A DNA stretch of 64,000 nucleotides, from assembly GCA_051362555.1 (NCBI GenBank), contig CM120642.1:26598001-26662000 (forward strand). The letters run 5' to 3'. Positions 1 through 13,650 of the stretch are shown one piece after another. The position numbers were made by a program, and so were the translations under genes. The number at the start of each line of letters is the position of its first letter. The first letter of the stretch is position 1. The DNA comes from Lingula anatina (taxonomy: Eukaryota; Animalia; Brachiopoda). The notes beneath the pieces were generated by a model. The model was not told where the DNA came from. It did not search any database and was given only the letters and a program-made list of their open reading frames with translations.

Positions 1-670
1 GAACATGATTTTTAACATTTGAAGGACGACACCACCCCAAGAAAGATAATTAAATAAAAAATAAAATCAAATGATGAGCAGTTTCAAAATTTATGTATTT
101 TGAAACCAATTTATAATTTATTTATATCGATGAATTATTGGTTTGTCATCGGGGGTGGTCCAAAATATCATAAGGGGGGTGGGCAAAAGTTAACTTTTTG
201 TATCCTCTCCTTCCCAGCTCCTTATTTAATAAAATAAAATATGTCATAGTGGGACTCATGGTACTGGTATATCTTTTCATTTGGTAGAGGTGGGGTATGC
301 TGGATATTTGGTAGCCCATTGCCACCTATGCTCCTTGTAAGGGTTGACCTCTGAGTATTATCACGGCGGGTTTGGGGATCAGATCCACTGCGACATGGTC
401 CAAGAATAAACAAGCAAGACTTAGTATGTACTTCCACAAAGTCTGTTTTATTCCTGGTCGAAAGCTGGGACCTCCAGTCAGCTTGTTCAGCTGTCTGGTG
501 TGGCCATTGCAAGTCCAGTCTCCCCTCTCAAATAATACATAGAAGTTATATAGCCTTTTTGAACAATGAACTATTGCTAGAGGTAAATGGTCCTAATTAC
601 AGGTAGGAAGATGACTTAAGTTGATAAAATTATAATGAAAGAGCATGGTCAGTGACGTCTGGCTGTACTA

Positions 671-886
671 AGACTGCATTCCCATAGATTTAGATCGATC
701 CATCTAAATCGACCTAACTCCCTGGGGGTTCACGCTAAATTGATGTCAGCCAAGCACGCACGGTAGTTAATTACCCCTTACAGCTTTTAGTAGGCGGGAC
801 AGACCCTTAAGCCAGCTAGGCTGACAGTAACCTAATGAGACTCCCCACAGGGATAGATCGATCTAAAATCTGTGGGAATGGGGTCT
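671..886. mobile_element. PIF/Harbinger(Tourist)-like MITE, copy 1
   Basis: Terminal inverted repeats AGACTGCATTCCCATAGATTTAGATCGATC ... GATCGATCTAAAATCTGTGGGAATGGGGTCT with TAA-like flanks. A diverged reverse-complement copy lies at ~61314-61540. Confidence 0.7.
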
Positions 887-1432
887 AACAGAGAGATCAC
901 TGTCTGACCATTTCCTGTGTAGATAAATGAAGACTCATTAATTTTTATAATAATACAGTTGTGATAGTATTACAGTCAGATAGCTGCATATAGATGACAC
1001 AAAGTCATGTTGACATAGTTTCTTTGATGTGAAACTACGTTTGTGTGCAAATGATGTACACGTAACAGACTTTAGAATGTCACACATATTCTGAGGTTAT
1101 TCATTAACTACAAGTGGGCTCGGAGTGGCAGTTTTATATATGTCAGTAATATATGCCATTTGTAGTTCTAAAACATTTTTGACTTGGCAGGGTATTATAA
1201 AAGTGTAAGTTAACAAAATTTTATCATTTAATTAGCATAAGTTATTTTGGCAAGTTTCTGTTTCGAGGTGATTTTATTGGCAGTTGATAAAATGTTGAAA
1301 AAAAATACAGGTTCATGTGACTGAGTTTTGATAAACCTTAAAACCTATATTTCAGACGTATGATAAAAATTCTTCCATGGAAAAACAAGGGTGCAGTTCT
1401 GATAAAGATGATAATAGCACTACAAGGCCACA

Positions 1433-4400
1433 ATGTGTAAGCATGTTGCATTCGACTTATTATCGGGTTTAGATGGAAGAGTGATGGCAGGATGGAACGG
1501 AACCTGTGCTGTTTCCAATTGTTCTGGACATGGGATGTGTCATGAAGGCTCCTGCATATGTCAGGTAACGTAGTCCAGGGTTACGTATTAACATTTAAAA
1601 AAGGTAGATCGATCTAGGGATGGGAACCCAGTCTTGTTCTGCTGTTCATTGTAGTGGAGCAACTGACTGACTCTTACATATGCAGTTGTATTTTTATAAT
1701 AATGAATACCATGTGGTTCATAGTCAACCTCATAAATGGGAACCAAATTCTAACTGTCCTGTATATTTTGTTTGTTTTAGGTGCAGTTTACAGGAGGGAG
1801 GTGTGCTGAAATCAATCAAAGCTATTATATTGCGTTTGGCACATTCTTTTTCTTTTTATGCGCAATATCTATTATACAGCTGGTGAGTGTCAGTCTACAT
1901 CAACTGATTAAATTTTAAAATTAAGCCTTGTATTATTGTTGAGATTTTTTTTAATGCCATGAAAGATAAAAATGTATAATTAATTAATTCTTTTTATTGC
2001 ATGCTGTAGGAGGGGATAGGCTTCTTTATTTTTAATGTCAATAATAATTTTTTTTATGAAATTACATTTATACTGGTGTAATATGGTGACAATTCAACCA
2101 TCCTGCTGTGGAAATTTGGAAGGGAGATTTCTAGATTATCCTAATCTTGTACATGCAAGTCTCTTGTGGGACTCTTGGATGAGTTTATGAGTAGGTCACT
2201 GGGTCAACTTGACCAACCGGTCATTGCAAGGGTCTGGGTCATGGATTTGTTGTCATAGGCAGGTTTTTCATTTAAGGTCACCATTCAGGGATTGATAGTA
2301 AGGTTTTTAGGCACTTGTTCTGCAGGTGTGCATTCTCTCAGAAACTTACTCGGCATGCATGGAACTTTTTACTATCTTGAAAAGATTCACTAAAATTTAA
2401 CACCCCTCTCCTCCCCCTGCTTCAGTTCTAGATGAGGAAAAAGTCGGACAAATATGTGGAAAAAAAGCCATTTGCACATTCGGGCCAACTTGTCAGCAGT
2501 TTTACTTTTCTAATGACATTTTCTTGTCCTGGAAGCCTTATACATTACACTGCAGTGAACTTCTGCTTTTTTTCATTTTCAGTTCCTTTGTATAAGATCG
2601 GAATACCACAAGTATAAAAATTCTCTATGGCCAGCTTGTCGGGTCACAGTACAGAAACTTTTATATGTGCTCACCATAATTGCCACTGCAGTACGAGGAG
2701 CATATTTCTTGACACAGGTGAGCATTTCCATGAGTAGATTGATATTAATTTTAGATTTTTGTAAGCAGTGCAATGTTTCTTTAAACTGTCTGTAGTTCTA
2801 AACACTCCCCCACAATCAGAATCAAGTGTCCGAGCGTAAAATGAACCAATTTGATAAAATTTTACTCAATAATGCATCGTGAAAAGACTCTGTTCAATAA
2901 TATTTTGCTAGATAATTATTTTGATTCTCAGTTGTAATTTCTTGAACATTCTACATAATGCCACCTACCCTGGTATGACGTCTTATGCCAAATTACCAAA
3001 CTGTAGTATATGCCACTGGATTTGAGCAAAAATGTTCATTAGCTTGTTATAGTTGGATCATTAATGAAAATTATCGAACACAAGCCGAAATACATAAGCT
3101 AACGATATAAATTTATTTATGTTTATGTTTTATGTTTTATGTTTTATGTTTAACGGAATCAAAAAGAGACCAGTAATTCTTTCAGAGTGATGCCTCAAAT
3201 CCATTGTCCTCTAACCTGTGGAGTGCGTACTATCCAGTTGTACTATCTGGTGGAAGCTTGATTGTCTGTTTCTGGGCAGAGGTATAGGCAAAGTCCATTT
3301 TCTAATGCCTTTTTAATTGAAACGTTGAAATAATTTATTTGGCATTTGGCTTAACAGTTAAACAACCTAATGAAAATTCATCTAAATGTAAGTTTTGTCT
3401 TAAAAGTAATGAGATCATGATCACAAACATTTATGTCCTATTTTAATTATGTAAGATGGTACACAGATAATTGCTCTCATTATTATCTCCGTGGATGTTG
3501 ATTTTATCAAAAGCAATGTCAAAGAAAATGCTTTGTGTAATTTTTTTATTTTCTAAAAATTTCTTCCAGGTGTTTCATTTGGATGGTATACAATGTAACA
3601 AGCCTGGGTTTCTTAGCAAATCTAAAATCTTTTTCGCTGTTTTCAATGTAGTCTTACTTACCTTAGTTCTGTGTCTAGTGGTGCTCTCAGAGACAAGTGA
3701 TTTGGAGCATTTTGTAAGTTTAACTGACAGTGGATATTTAAAATCTAAAGTTCATTTTAATTTATTGAAATTAAAACTTCTGTAGAATTATTAAAATGTG
3801 CTAAGTTATTCAAGAATTTAGAAATATAATTTATAATTATTCAAGCATTGAAATGTACTTTTGATTGACACACATTTTGTTTTGTATAAAACGAAAACAA
3901 TTATTGAATGTACCCTGTGTGTCACTTCTAAATGTATTATGGGTCACAAGTGTCTTTACTATTGAATGTAATTCAAGAATTTATCTGAAATATATGTTTA
4001 TATACTGTGTTTTGAATGAAAGGAAACTAAAAGTTGGGGATGGTGACATTGAAAACTTGAATGACTGTTTTTCTCTTAATAATTTATCATAAGCTCATTT
4101 GTGTTGGTGTATTATGTGAAGATAATTTAAAATAGTGGGACAAGCAATTTGCTCCTAGTATTTTACCATTTGTTCTTTTGTTTTAACAGGCATACCAGAA
4201 CAGCATTTTTAGTGGCTGCTTTGCTGTTTTGATGGTTGTAGTGGTCATATTTCTTCTCATATATGGTGTAGAGGTGTTCTTTAAGGTAAAGTTCAGTAGG
4301 AAATGTTTTAATCTTTAGACTATTTTATTTGGGAAATAAATTTGTATGCTTCAGAAGTTAAACTTATTTGTAAGATTTAGTACTGATGTTGTGACAATTT

Positions 4401-7400
4401 CAAGACCTAGCTACTGCCGTTCATATCAGCTTAAAGCTGGATGAGAAAGATTAATCGATACCACCAAATAATCAAATAAGGACCCCCCATAGGACTTACC
4501 CAGTGTGATTTTATATCTCATGTCATTAAAATCTATTTTAGTCATTGTTAATCTGATAAAATTACAAAAATTATTTTAAAATAACTTACACAGGCCCGTA
4601 GCCAGGGGGGGGTTCGGGGGGTTCGAAAAAACCGCCCCTTTTGTCGGAAAAGGTCCATTTTGGGGAAAATTTCATCTAGGTTCACATAAGTTTCATTATA
4701 AAAGGTCCACTTTTTCAGAAAAAGAACCCCCCTTTTGAATTTCCTGGCTACGGGCCTGTTACATAATTTTATATTAATACCATAATAACTCAACTTTTTG
4801 ATGGACAGGGTCTGGCTATGTGGCAATACCTGGTTCCCTTAACAGTTATCTGAATGTACAAACATTTCTGAGGGAAGCAGTGAAAGTTTCACCCTTTTGT
4901 CACAATATCTTTCAATATACAATATAATGATTGTGCAAATATTTCTGAGTAAAGGCAGTGAAAATTTAACATTCTCATCACCATCCCTTTCAATGTTGTG
5001 CTGGACTTATCTTTATGAATACCATAACTGATCATGTATATTTCGTTCAATTCATTTTCAGCTTCATGGTGCTTTTATCCAAGCCAATGCAAGCCGAGAA
5101 CCATTGAACATTGTCCAACTCCACATGAGTAGACTGGGCCTGGTGGCTGCAGCTTGTTTGCAGCTAGCTACTGCACTGTTTATCATGCTTGAGATACTGA
5201 AAGACCAGTGGAAAGACAAGTGAGTACAAAGTGACTGGAATCCAGATGGCCTTCTCTTTTTGCTCCTGCCTCCCCCATCTTGGGTACCTTAAGACAATTT
5301 CTAATACAGCATTCTAGAAAACTTTCTCCTAAGGTGGCTCCCTCTGGATTAAAAAAAAAGATACTGAAAGGTGTAAGATTATGTACTGGCTTTCACTTAC
5401 AAGTTTGAAATGATTGTTTTCTTTATGTTTTTGATCTTTAAGACTATTTGATATTTCAGTATTGATTAATTAGATTTAAATTAACATGCAGATATACTTG
5501 TATCACAAATAAGCATCTAAACTGAGGGCATCAAATTTTAAACTTTGAGTCAAATAATTGTCAGAAAATATGAGTTTTCATTATGCTCTATTTTTCAGAA
5601 TTGATTTCGTAGGTTTGGCCTTATATGACATTTCATTCCGAATAGTTGAGTTTGGAGTTATTCTCTGGTTTCCCTGTGTTCTATGGAATGTAAAAAGGTA
5701 CCGTAAAAATGTTAGTTTTAATAGTTACTGTATTTTTATATCATTTTGTACCAGGAGTTACATTGTACTGTACGCAGTTTTTGGGGATATTTATTTGGGC
5801 AATCATCAAGTCTTCTTCATATTATTAGCTTATCAAATGTATGGCAGATATTTTCTATAAAATATGAACACTAAGTTTTACACAAAATTTCAATTTTGAA
5901 AAGCTTCCTTACCTAATTGAAGGTGCTATTTAAACTGAAAGGAAATTAAAGAATACATATTTTTAATGATGAATGCATAATCTACTCTGCAGACCAGACC
6001 AACTATGGCTGCTCAACCCCAGAAAAATTCTCAGATCAGCAGACGACAGTTCTAGTGGTGATGCTGAATACTTGTCAGAATCTTCAGAAACAGAGGGTCT
6101 TCTTCACAGGAACAAAAATGGTGGCCATTACAGTGCAATCAAAGATGGTGCTAAGGGAGGCGAGTGTTGGATTTGTTACGATAATGAGAGGGAAGGCGCT
6201 GGACCCTTGATAGAGCCCTGTAACTGCAAAGGAGACATGGCGGTGGCTCACCATGAGTGTTTAAGAAAATGGCTGATGGAGGTACGAATTGTACTGTTTA
6301 ATTGTTTCAGTAATAATTTTCATGTTACTGCCTCTCATGGTTTGCTCAAAACAATCTGTCTTGAATTGGTATTACCCCCTTTACACTGGACAGAGTCCTT
6401 TCTGTGTCCTTTCTGCGACCATGAAATTGGCATCGCTGTGGTCTTAATAAGGAGGCACCAGCATTGATCTCAGTGATCGACCAGTTGTCGGCAGGTAAAG
6501 TATTATAATTTTTTAACTTTCAAATTGGGCTGTACTGCTGGACGCAGAAAGGAAACCGTCCTTTGTAAAGGGGCCTTAAAGCAGTATCAGACTAAAGTCC
6601 TATTAATTATTATTATTATAGTATTGTTGAGAGGGCTAATTTTGAATAAATAGATTCAGGTGTTTATTTCCTCATTCAAGGGTATAGGCACTCCAGGAAA
6701 TCTCAGATGCAAGGTTTGCAATCAGAAGGTGAGTTTTTTCTTTTTTTTATTCTCTTCTATTACCATATACAGGACTTCCCATGTACAGGACTTACTGTAT
6801 TCTTTGAGGGACTTCTTTTTATCTGAAATGATTCAACTGACAGGTGATTGATGATTAATGCTACCCATTTTAACAATTTAAATGAAAGATTTCTGACTCA
6901 TATATCACATGAAAATTTGTAAAAAAAATCTTCATATTTCAGTATTGTTTAAAAGAAGGTCCCGTTCATCTGCTGTATGGCTTCACGAAGCAGCAGCGGC
7001 TTTCAATGCTGTTAGTCCTTGCTGTAATGTGTGGAGTCCCCGCTGCGGTCTACTATGTCTGCCACAACCTTCCAGTTGATGAGACCTGGTTGCAGGTGTC
7101 TGCCATAGGGGGCGCTTTACTAGTGGAGTGCCTGTGTGTGAGGTGAATGGAAACAGTTACAGCATTAATTGAAAATAAAAAGCTTGTAAAACTCATAGGA
7201 AGACATTGTAAGCACCCATGATTCTGAAGGTGCATTTATGAAGACTTCTTAGCAAATACAAGCTATCAATTGGTTATGAGATATTAAGATGTGTATTCAT
7301 GATTAAGATATAAATTTATGTATTTTATTTATTAATTTTCCAGGCTATTGGGTTTCAATGCAGTAGCTGCCTACAGAAGAGCAAAAATAGCTGCATTGCA

Positions 7401-7551
7401 GATATTAGAGAAAAAACAAGGGACCCCCTCAACAGAAGAACCCCAAACCAGCACAGTTCAGAGTGAAAATAATGTGCAATATGTTCAAGCTGAAGTGGAA
7501 GTTTTTCCAGCAACTTGTAGAGAAGTTCAGTCTCATTCCACAACGACTTAG
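1433..7551 (+). CDS. Uncharacterised EGF-like + 7TM (TOM1/THH1/GPR137-like) + RING-CH (MARCH-type E3 ligase) + 2TM protein; 12 coding exons
   Basis: In-frame exons with GT-AG ends: 1433(or 1484)-1564, 1781-1882, 2583-2717, 3186-3281, 3570-3713, 4190-4285, 5062-5219, 5599-5697, 5993-6281, 6681-6728, 6943-7142, 7344-7551. Encodes CAVSNCSGHGMCHEGSCICQVQFTGGRC (EGF), seven hydrophobic helices including FWAEVFH and FLLIYGVEVFFKL, C4HC3 RING CWICYD...PCNCKG...HHECLRKW...CKVC, then two TM helices. Confidence 0.85.
4591..4758. mobile_element. Short non-autonomous TIR element (CAG ends, hAT-like), 5-bp TSD
   Basis: TIRs CAGGCCCGTAGCCAGG ... CCTGGCTACGGGCCTG, flanked on both sides by TTACA. Confidence 0.75.
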
Positions 7552-8961
7552 TGTACAAGGAGACGGTGTCACATTGTTACCTGGTCTCTCCACGAATTAG
7601 ATCAAATTAAGGTTAACACAATTCACTGGAAAAAGCATCTTGACTCCACTTTTAAAAAAAAAAAAAAGAAAGCAGCAGATGTCTCAGTGAAGTTTATGTA
7701 AATGCAAAATATCACGACTTCATTATAAAAAAAAGAGAGAGAGAAAGATGGCATAGCTGTTTTAATGAAGTTCAGATGTAAGTTGTAGGAGTCACCCATT
7801 TTTACATGTAGCCACATTCCTGAATAAACGGTGATACAGTACAAGTACCATACAGTTAAGTACTGGGTAAAGAACTCACTCTACTGTTTAACAGCATAAT
7901 TGTAAGAGATTCAACTTTTATACTCTAGATATTTATAATGTAGGTGGCATTCCATTCGAAAAAGAAATTGGATAATTCATTGTACTGGATTGAAATAAGA
8001 TTTGATCTAAGTAGATTGCACATGGTCGGGAAAGAACATGCTGCCCCCCAGAAACTAAGGAATCAATTTTTACAGAAATTACTAAAATAGAATGAACTCA
8101 GAATGAGCAACAATGTTGCCTTTAGCAGGTTAACATGAAGGGAGAATTGTGAGATTAAGACATTTTAAATACATGTGATGTGGAAATGCTCAGTTTTAAT
8201 TTGGACTTTGGCACAAAAATTTTTGCTTACCATCTGTTTTTCATATTTTTTAAAATTTCAAGGTCAATGCATCTCTATCTAGGGGAAGTGTAATAAACCA
8301 AGTGTAATGCTTTTTTTGGCTATGCAGATTACAGTGGTTTGTTACATAAGTCACACAGCATTCCTGATGTTTAATATTAAAATGTTTATTTTTTCTAATT
8401 TGTATATTTGACACTTATAATCCATCAACAAGACAAAGGATTTGTCTTTTCTGAAAGATGTTTTTGAAAACAACTTTAAAATAAAAATATATGTTACTTA
8501 CAATCACTATGAATTACGTTATATGTACACGTGATGATAGAAGTTTTGTCAAATTATCCTAGCAATTTTTTTCACTTAATATGTTGGTCATATTTTAAAT
8601 GAATCTCATTGTGGAGCTTTCCTGAAAAATGTGATGTCACATTCAGTGCCTCATGCCTCCAGTAATGGAGAACTTGTAGTTCAGAGATAAGACCCGAGGA
8701 TATTTTGGTCTTGTCAAATTCATTTATTAACGTCAAGAAGAGCGTGTGGAAACCTCTAATGCAAATTTTTTAAAAAGAAAATGCTCTACTCTTATTTAAG
8801 AGCATTGCAAACTCTTCTGAAATCAATCAAATGAGTTACATGACAGTGACAGCCATTAAAACATCATAAAAACTTTTCCTACAAGAACGTTTATAAAAAG
8901 CAGTGCTGTACACAAGAGTTACGTCTCTTTTGAGAGATCTGAACTTCTCCATTTAGTCTGC

Positions 8962-11900
8962 CTAGCTGTTTTTCTCGGCTTGTCTCTCCTTTTCTTTTCT
9001 CAGATCCCTCTCAAAAGAAGTCTCTTTAGACCTGCTTCTTCGATGTTTGCTACTTTTTTCATGCTTTGAATATTTCCTATCTGGTGTGCGTGATCTTTTT
9101 CGGTCTTTGGAACGAGAGCGGTGTTTTGACTTCTCTTTTGATCGAGACCTGTGTCTTGTTCTATCTTTAGAGCGCGACCTATGCCGCGACCGTTCCTTTG
9201 ACCTGGATCTGTGCTTTGATCTTTCTTTGGATCGGGAGCGGTGCTTAGACCTTTCTTTTGAGCGAGACCGGTGTCTTGAGCTTTTTACTCTCTCACGGGA
9301 CCGTGATCGATGTCTCGACCTGTAATCATTCCGATGCCTGTCTTTTGACCTTGACCTCTGATGTTCTCTGCAAAACAGATGGATAATCTTAACAAACTGC
9401 TTGGTTTGTCACAAGATACTCTTAAAGTTCATTTCAGCATAAGACTGATGTTCATCGAGATTTTCTTAAACTACCGACTTAAGTTCAATCATTTCGGTCT
9501 TTTAAGGATGTAAAATGTTAAATGATGCAAATGTATAAAAAGATGACCACTTTTAAAGCAAGAGCATCTATTATTTGAATATTTGATAATTTCAGAGGTA
9601 ATATCAGACCCAGTTTGCCTACCTTCCATCTCTGCTCCTGGAATGGCCATCTCTCTGTTGACGATCACGTTCTTTCTCAATTTCTTTGGCGATATCAAAG
9701 GGTGGGCTTTTTTTCCTGAAGGGAGATCTAGGGCGGCGTTCTGGGGTTTTAGATCTGTAATTAATAGTAAAATCAACAGGCTTATTTTGCACAAAAGACT
9801 ATCGCAGATTATTTAAGGAAACCAAATCATACCATGGTTGCAGGATAGTAAAGCTGTCTATTTAATTCAAAGTTTTAATTGAGTTTAACCAAAAACGTAC
9901 CTGCAATCTCGAAGATTTCAAAGAAAACTGAATCGTTATATTAACAGGAGACTGATTTTTTATTACCATAATATACACACATATATATCACAATCCCAAA
10001 TGCAATGAAACTTGAATGAACTTTTACCTTCTTACTCTGGACATCCGAGCAGCTTCACCAAAGGACACATCTTCATCGGGGATCCGTCTATCAGCGCTTT
10101 GCTCCTCTTCTTCCTCTCCCCCAGCCACACGGACGGGACGGGCAAACTGGCGCTCTCGTAGACGCTGTTGATTGCTCTTCTGCACAGGCACGGGAATGCG
10201 TGGAAACAGCGTGCAGTACCACTCTAGTTTGGTGAGCCATTGTCGTAGCATTTCCCCTATTGTCATGACGTGCCCTGTTCCAGCTTTAACATCGATTTCC
10301 TGTAAGATAGAATGGGAATCAAGGTGTTTAATACAGGATTTGTCAGGTAGGCTCTTAAGTGTGGTTCTGCATGGGCCGTGCTCTAGCCATTATACCTGTA
10401 ATAATAACAGATACCAATTAGATAAATGTCATCATTTAATAGAAAAAATCCAGCATTAATTTCTTTTTTCATTTTTATTTAGAAAAAAATGAGTTTCCAT
10501 CCAGCTCTGACGCAAGTTTTGGGGATTAAAAATAAATAGATCCAAGAATGCCAATACAAAGTTTACAGCTACTAAAATTATGAGTTTCAGAATGAACATG
10601 GCACAATTCACTTATCTATTTTTTGTTTTGGGTGGAGGGGCGAGGGGATGATTAACTAAACGAGAAGCCTTTGACTTTTTCCATTTTTACTGATAAGAAA
10701 ACTGCATCTTCAATGAAAATGACTCTCTGTCTCACTTGTATACAAAAGGTTTGTCTTCAATAACTATTCAAACATACTGGATATTTTTCTTGAAACTAAC
10801 ACAAGACAAAAATTGTCTGCCCTATGGAGTTAAAGAGTATTCTCATTATTGAGGGAGGGTATGTTATTTGGCCATTTTTCCAAGTAGCTTAAGGAATTCA
10901 ATCATATAACATATGTAATTTCATCAACCAGAGGTAAGTAATGAAAACTAGAGTATTAATCGCCAATTAATATCTCCTCAACTATTAAACAACCTGGCAA
11001 TATATTATACAACAACAAGGCAATTTAAAGAAATGTTGACAGATTCAACAAGCCTGTTTTAGAGCTTAACCTCAAAGCGAGGTCCGTGTGCCCAGAGTCG
11101 TCACCCTGCAATCTTCGCTTTGGCGGCCATGGCTTAGAGCACCTGCCCTACAGTTACAAAACACATGAGACAGTCAACATTGTCAACCTCAACCTGTCTT
11201 TCTCATTTCAAAAATACTATTATACAGAAGCAAGCAGTTCAGTCCAATCAACTGTCGCCCTCTCAAAGTGATGATTTTGCACAACCAAACAGTACACTTA
11301 ACCCCATACTAAGAAAAATGTTTTGAAATATCTGTAAATCACACGTGTAAACAATGTGATAAGAAATTTGCTCTGTCTTGTTAGTTACAGGAAATCTTTC
11401 CATGCGATTCTTTAACTTCTACAGCAAACAGTTTGTTTGTACAGCAATTGCTTGCAAAAGATTACGAATAATAATTCCAGAACTGATTCAGAAGTTTAAC
11501 TGAACTGCTACCTCATTATAGCTTAGGTTTAGACAACTCAACAACTTCCATCAATTTACAACTGCTACTTTTGAAATGCATTTACTACATGATTTGTAAG
11601 ATCTACTTTAATGTGAGTTCAAATGTAAAGAAACAAAAGAGAAAGAAAACCTTTAGTACTCACCAATAATTATTGGATCTGCTCCAATATACCAGACTTT
11701 GTCAATGTTTTCAATGTTTTGTGCATTTGTTTTGACATGTTGTGTAAGAATTGTAAAAAGAAAATTTGGAGGTTCAAATTTCAGGCTTCTTGCTTAGATT
11801 AAAGTTCAAAGCTCCCTTTAAAAACTTACGCTTGGCTTTTTATCCCATTTCAAGAGTGAGCCAAAAATTATGTACTGGATACATTTCAAAGCAATAATCT

Positions 11901-13650
11901 ATGCAATGACACAAATATCAGTTTTCATACCCCCCCCCCACTCCCCCTGCCCCACCAAAAAAAAAAACTTTTTACCAAAAATGGTACTCCTATGTCCAAA
12001 GTGTTTAAAATATTTTCCATTGGTCTTGTTTGAAAACAGTACCCTGATTTTAGTGCTTTCTTTGCATGTGTTTTGTGCTACATACCTCCTCATCATCAAG
12101 GTAGGGTTCGTACCACTCCCAGAGGTCAGCAGGGGGTTGTGTATATCTGATAAAAAAAATTAAGAAAATGATGTGAAATACAGTCATAATTCTAACTGCT
12201 GCTCACTGTGGGGCTTTTAACAAATAAAAACAGAGCAAATTTGTGCATTTTTCTTCTGCACTTAATGAAAATTTTACTTGCCAGTATTACCTTAAGATGC
12301 CTCTTACAGCACTAAGGCAATATAATGAAAGCCAAATAAAGTGAGTTTCTTGTATTTGCCATCAACATACCTGAGGTACATAAAACCAAGTCCCCTGATG
12401 TAAGGAGAGTCTGTGTGTGTAATCAGTCCATTCACTTGCTTCCTGGTCAACTTCAGTGTGTACAGTTTGTAGAGAAGACAGTACGCACTGGAGACTATGC
12501 CACCAGCTCCAACACCTCGGACCTGAAATATGAAAAATATTGTACAGAAATGTACACATACACAATACACAATCACACACTCAAACATACACACACATAG
12601 CTAGTACAGTCTTTTATCTGAACTGCAAAGTACACGTTCAGAGCTCTTAAAATACATAATCATACTGAACAGTACATATACTGACATTCTAGGGACAGGA
12701 AACACAATTTTCTATGTCTTGACTTTTTTTTAGATTGTCTTTGCTAATGTCTATGGCAACTTGATTTCTTTAAGTAATAAAATGTAAAAACCCTGTTTAG
12801 AAAATGTAAATTCACAAGAATACAACTAGGAAAAGAGAATTTGCATATAATTATTGATTTGGCTTCAGTGAATGTGAGAAAAAAAAGTGGTCTTCAAAAC
12901 AGCTATCTGTATTTAGTACAATCCTGAGCTTGGAACCAGATGAAGTGTTGGACAGTTAATAGAAGAAACTTGTTGAATACACAAGGTAGGTTTGTTACCT
13001 GAATTTCTTTGTCCCACATCTTGAAACTTTGAATCAATTTACCCAGAGATAATTTTTATACTCAAGATTAACTTTTACTGAATGTACTTCCCCATTCAAA
13101 GATCAAAATACATATGCAATATCAACACATCTGACTTGAGACAAAAAAAACATTAAAATTTAATTAAACATACCCCTCCACACATTCCTGTCTGCCCAGC
13201 TGTCTTCCTGCTACCCTTCTCCCAAGGTTCAAGGTGAGTTACCTATTAATGTAAGTGTTAAGAAGGTCACGGATTGTAGTTTACATCATCAAAACAAATT
13301 TTCTGACTGACTGCACATTATCTTACTTTACCATGCGGTTTGGACAGCAGAAATATCTTAATATTTGGAATTTAAATAAAAAACTTTGAACATGATCTCA
13401 ATGACCATAGGTAAATACGATTAAGAATAAACTTTAACCGAGTTACTAAGTAAAAAATCAAATAATATTTTGTGGGAATACAGCTGTTACTTACCTTATA
13501 ATAAATCTCATCTATGACTTCATGGTACGTCTTCAGCTCATACAGATTAACTTTGAAATACGGCGATGACTGTATATTAGTTAATATGAGGCTATTTAGG
13601 TTCATGGTCGCCTCATTGCCCCAAATTGGTAGAGCACTTGTTGGTGCCAT
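8962..13650 (-). CDS. PRPF38B: Pre-mRNA-splicing factor 38B
   Basis: Exons 13650-13495, 13242-13174, 12522-12371, 12146-12086, 10299-10028, ~9754-9623, ~9367-8962. PRP38 motifs LPIWGNEATMNLN, HLEPWEKGSRKTAGQTGMCGGVRGVGAGGIVSSAYCLLYKL, DSPYIRGLGFMYLRY, LEWYCTLFPRIPVPVQK, and an RS/RE-rich C-terminus. A non-coding first exon ends at the donor at 14108. Confidence 0.95.
11071..11147 (-). other. Candidate 77-nt frameshifting (poison) cassette exon in PRPF38B intron
   Basis: GC-rich island in an AT-rich intron, bounded on the minus strand by ...gttttgtaactgtAG| and |GTtaag. Inclusion shifts the frame to a TGA early in the next exon. Contains an internal stem CAAAGCGA/TCGCTTTG. Confidence 0.6.

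Noticed and set aside
242-539. Possible solo LTR (TG...CA ends, internal AATAAA, higher GC)
   Set aside because: No matching target-site duplication and no second copy in the window; cannot be supported without a repeat library.
7551-8962. Overlapping 3'UTRs of the convergent 7TM-RING gene and PRPF38B
   Set aside because: Candidate poly(A) signals (plus ~8480; minus ~8723-8728) suggest the transcripts end before overlapping; no direct evidence of overlap.
9047-9325. Plus-strand 92-aa ORF rich in DRDL/SLER repeats
   Set aside because: Antisense shadow of the RS-rich last exon of PRPF38B.
11830-11874. Possible 45-nt in-frame cassette exon in PRPF38B (strong GTAAGT donor), plus another donor at ~11663
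   Set aside because: The acceptor lacks a polypyrimidine tract and the peptide has no recognisable similarity; such motifs arise by chance in AT-rich introns.
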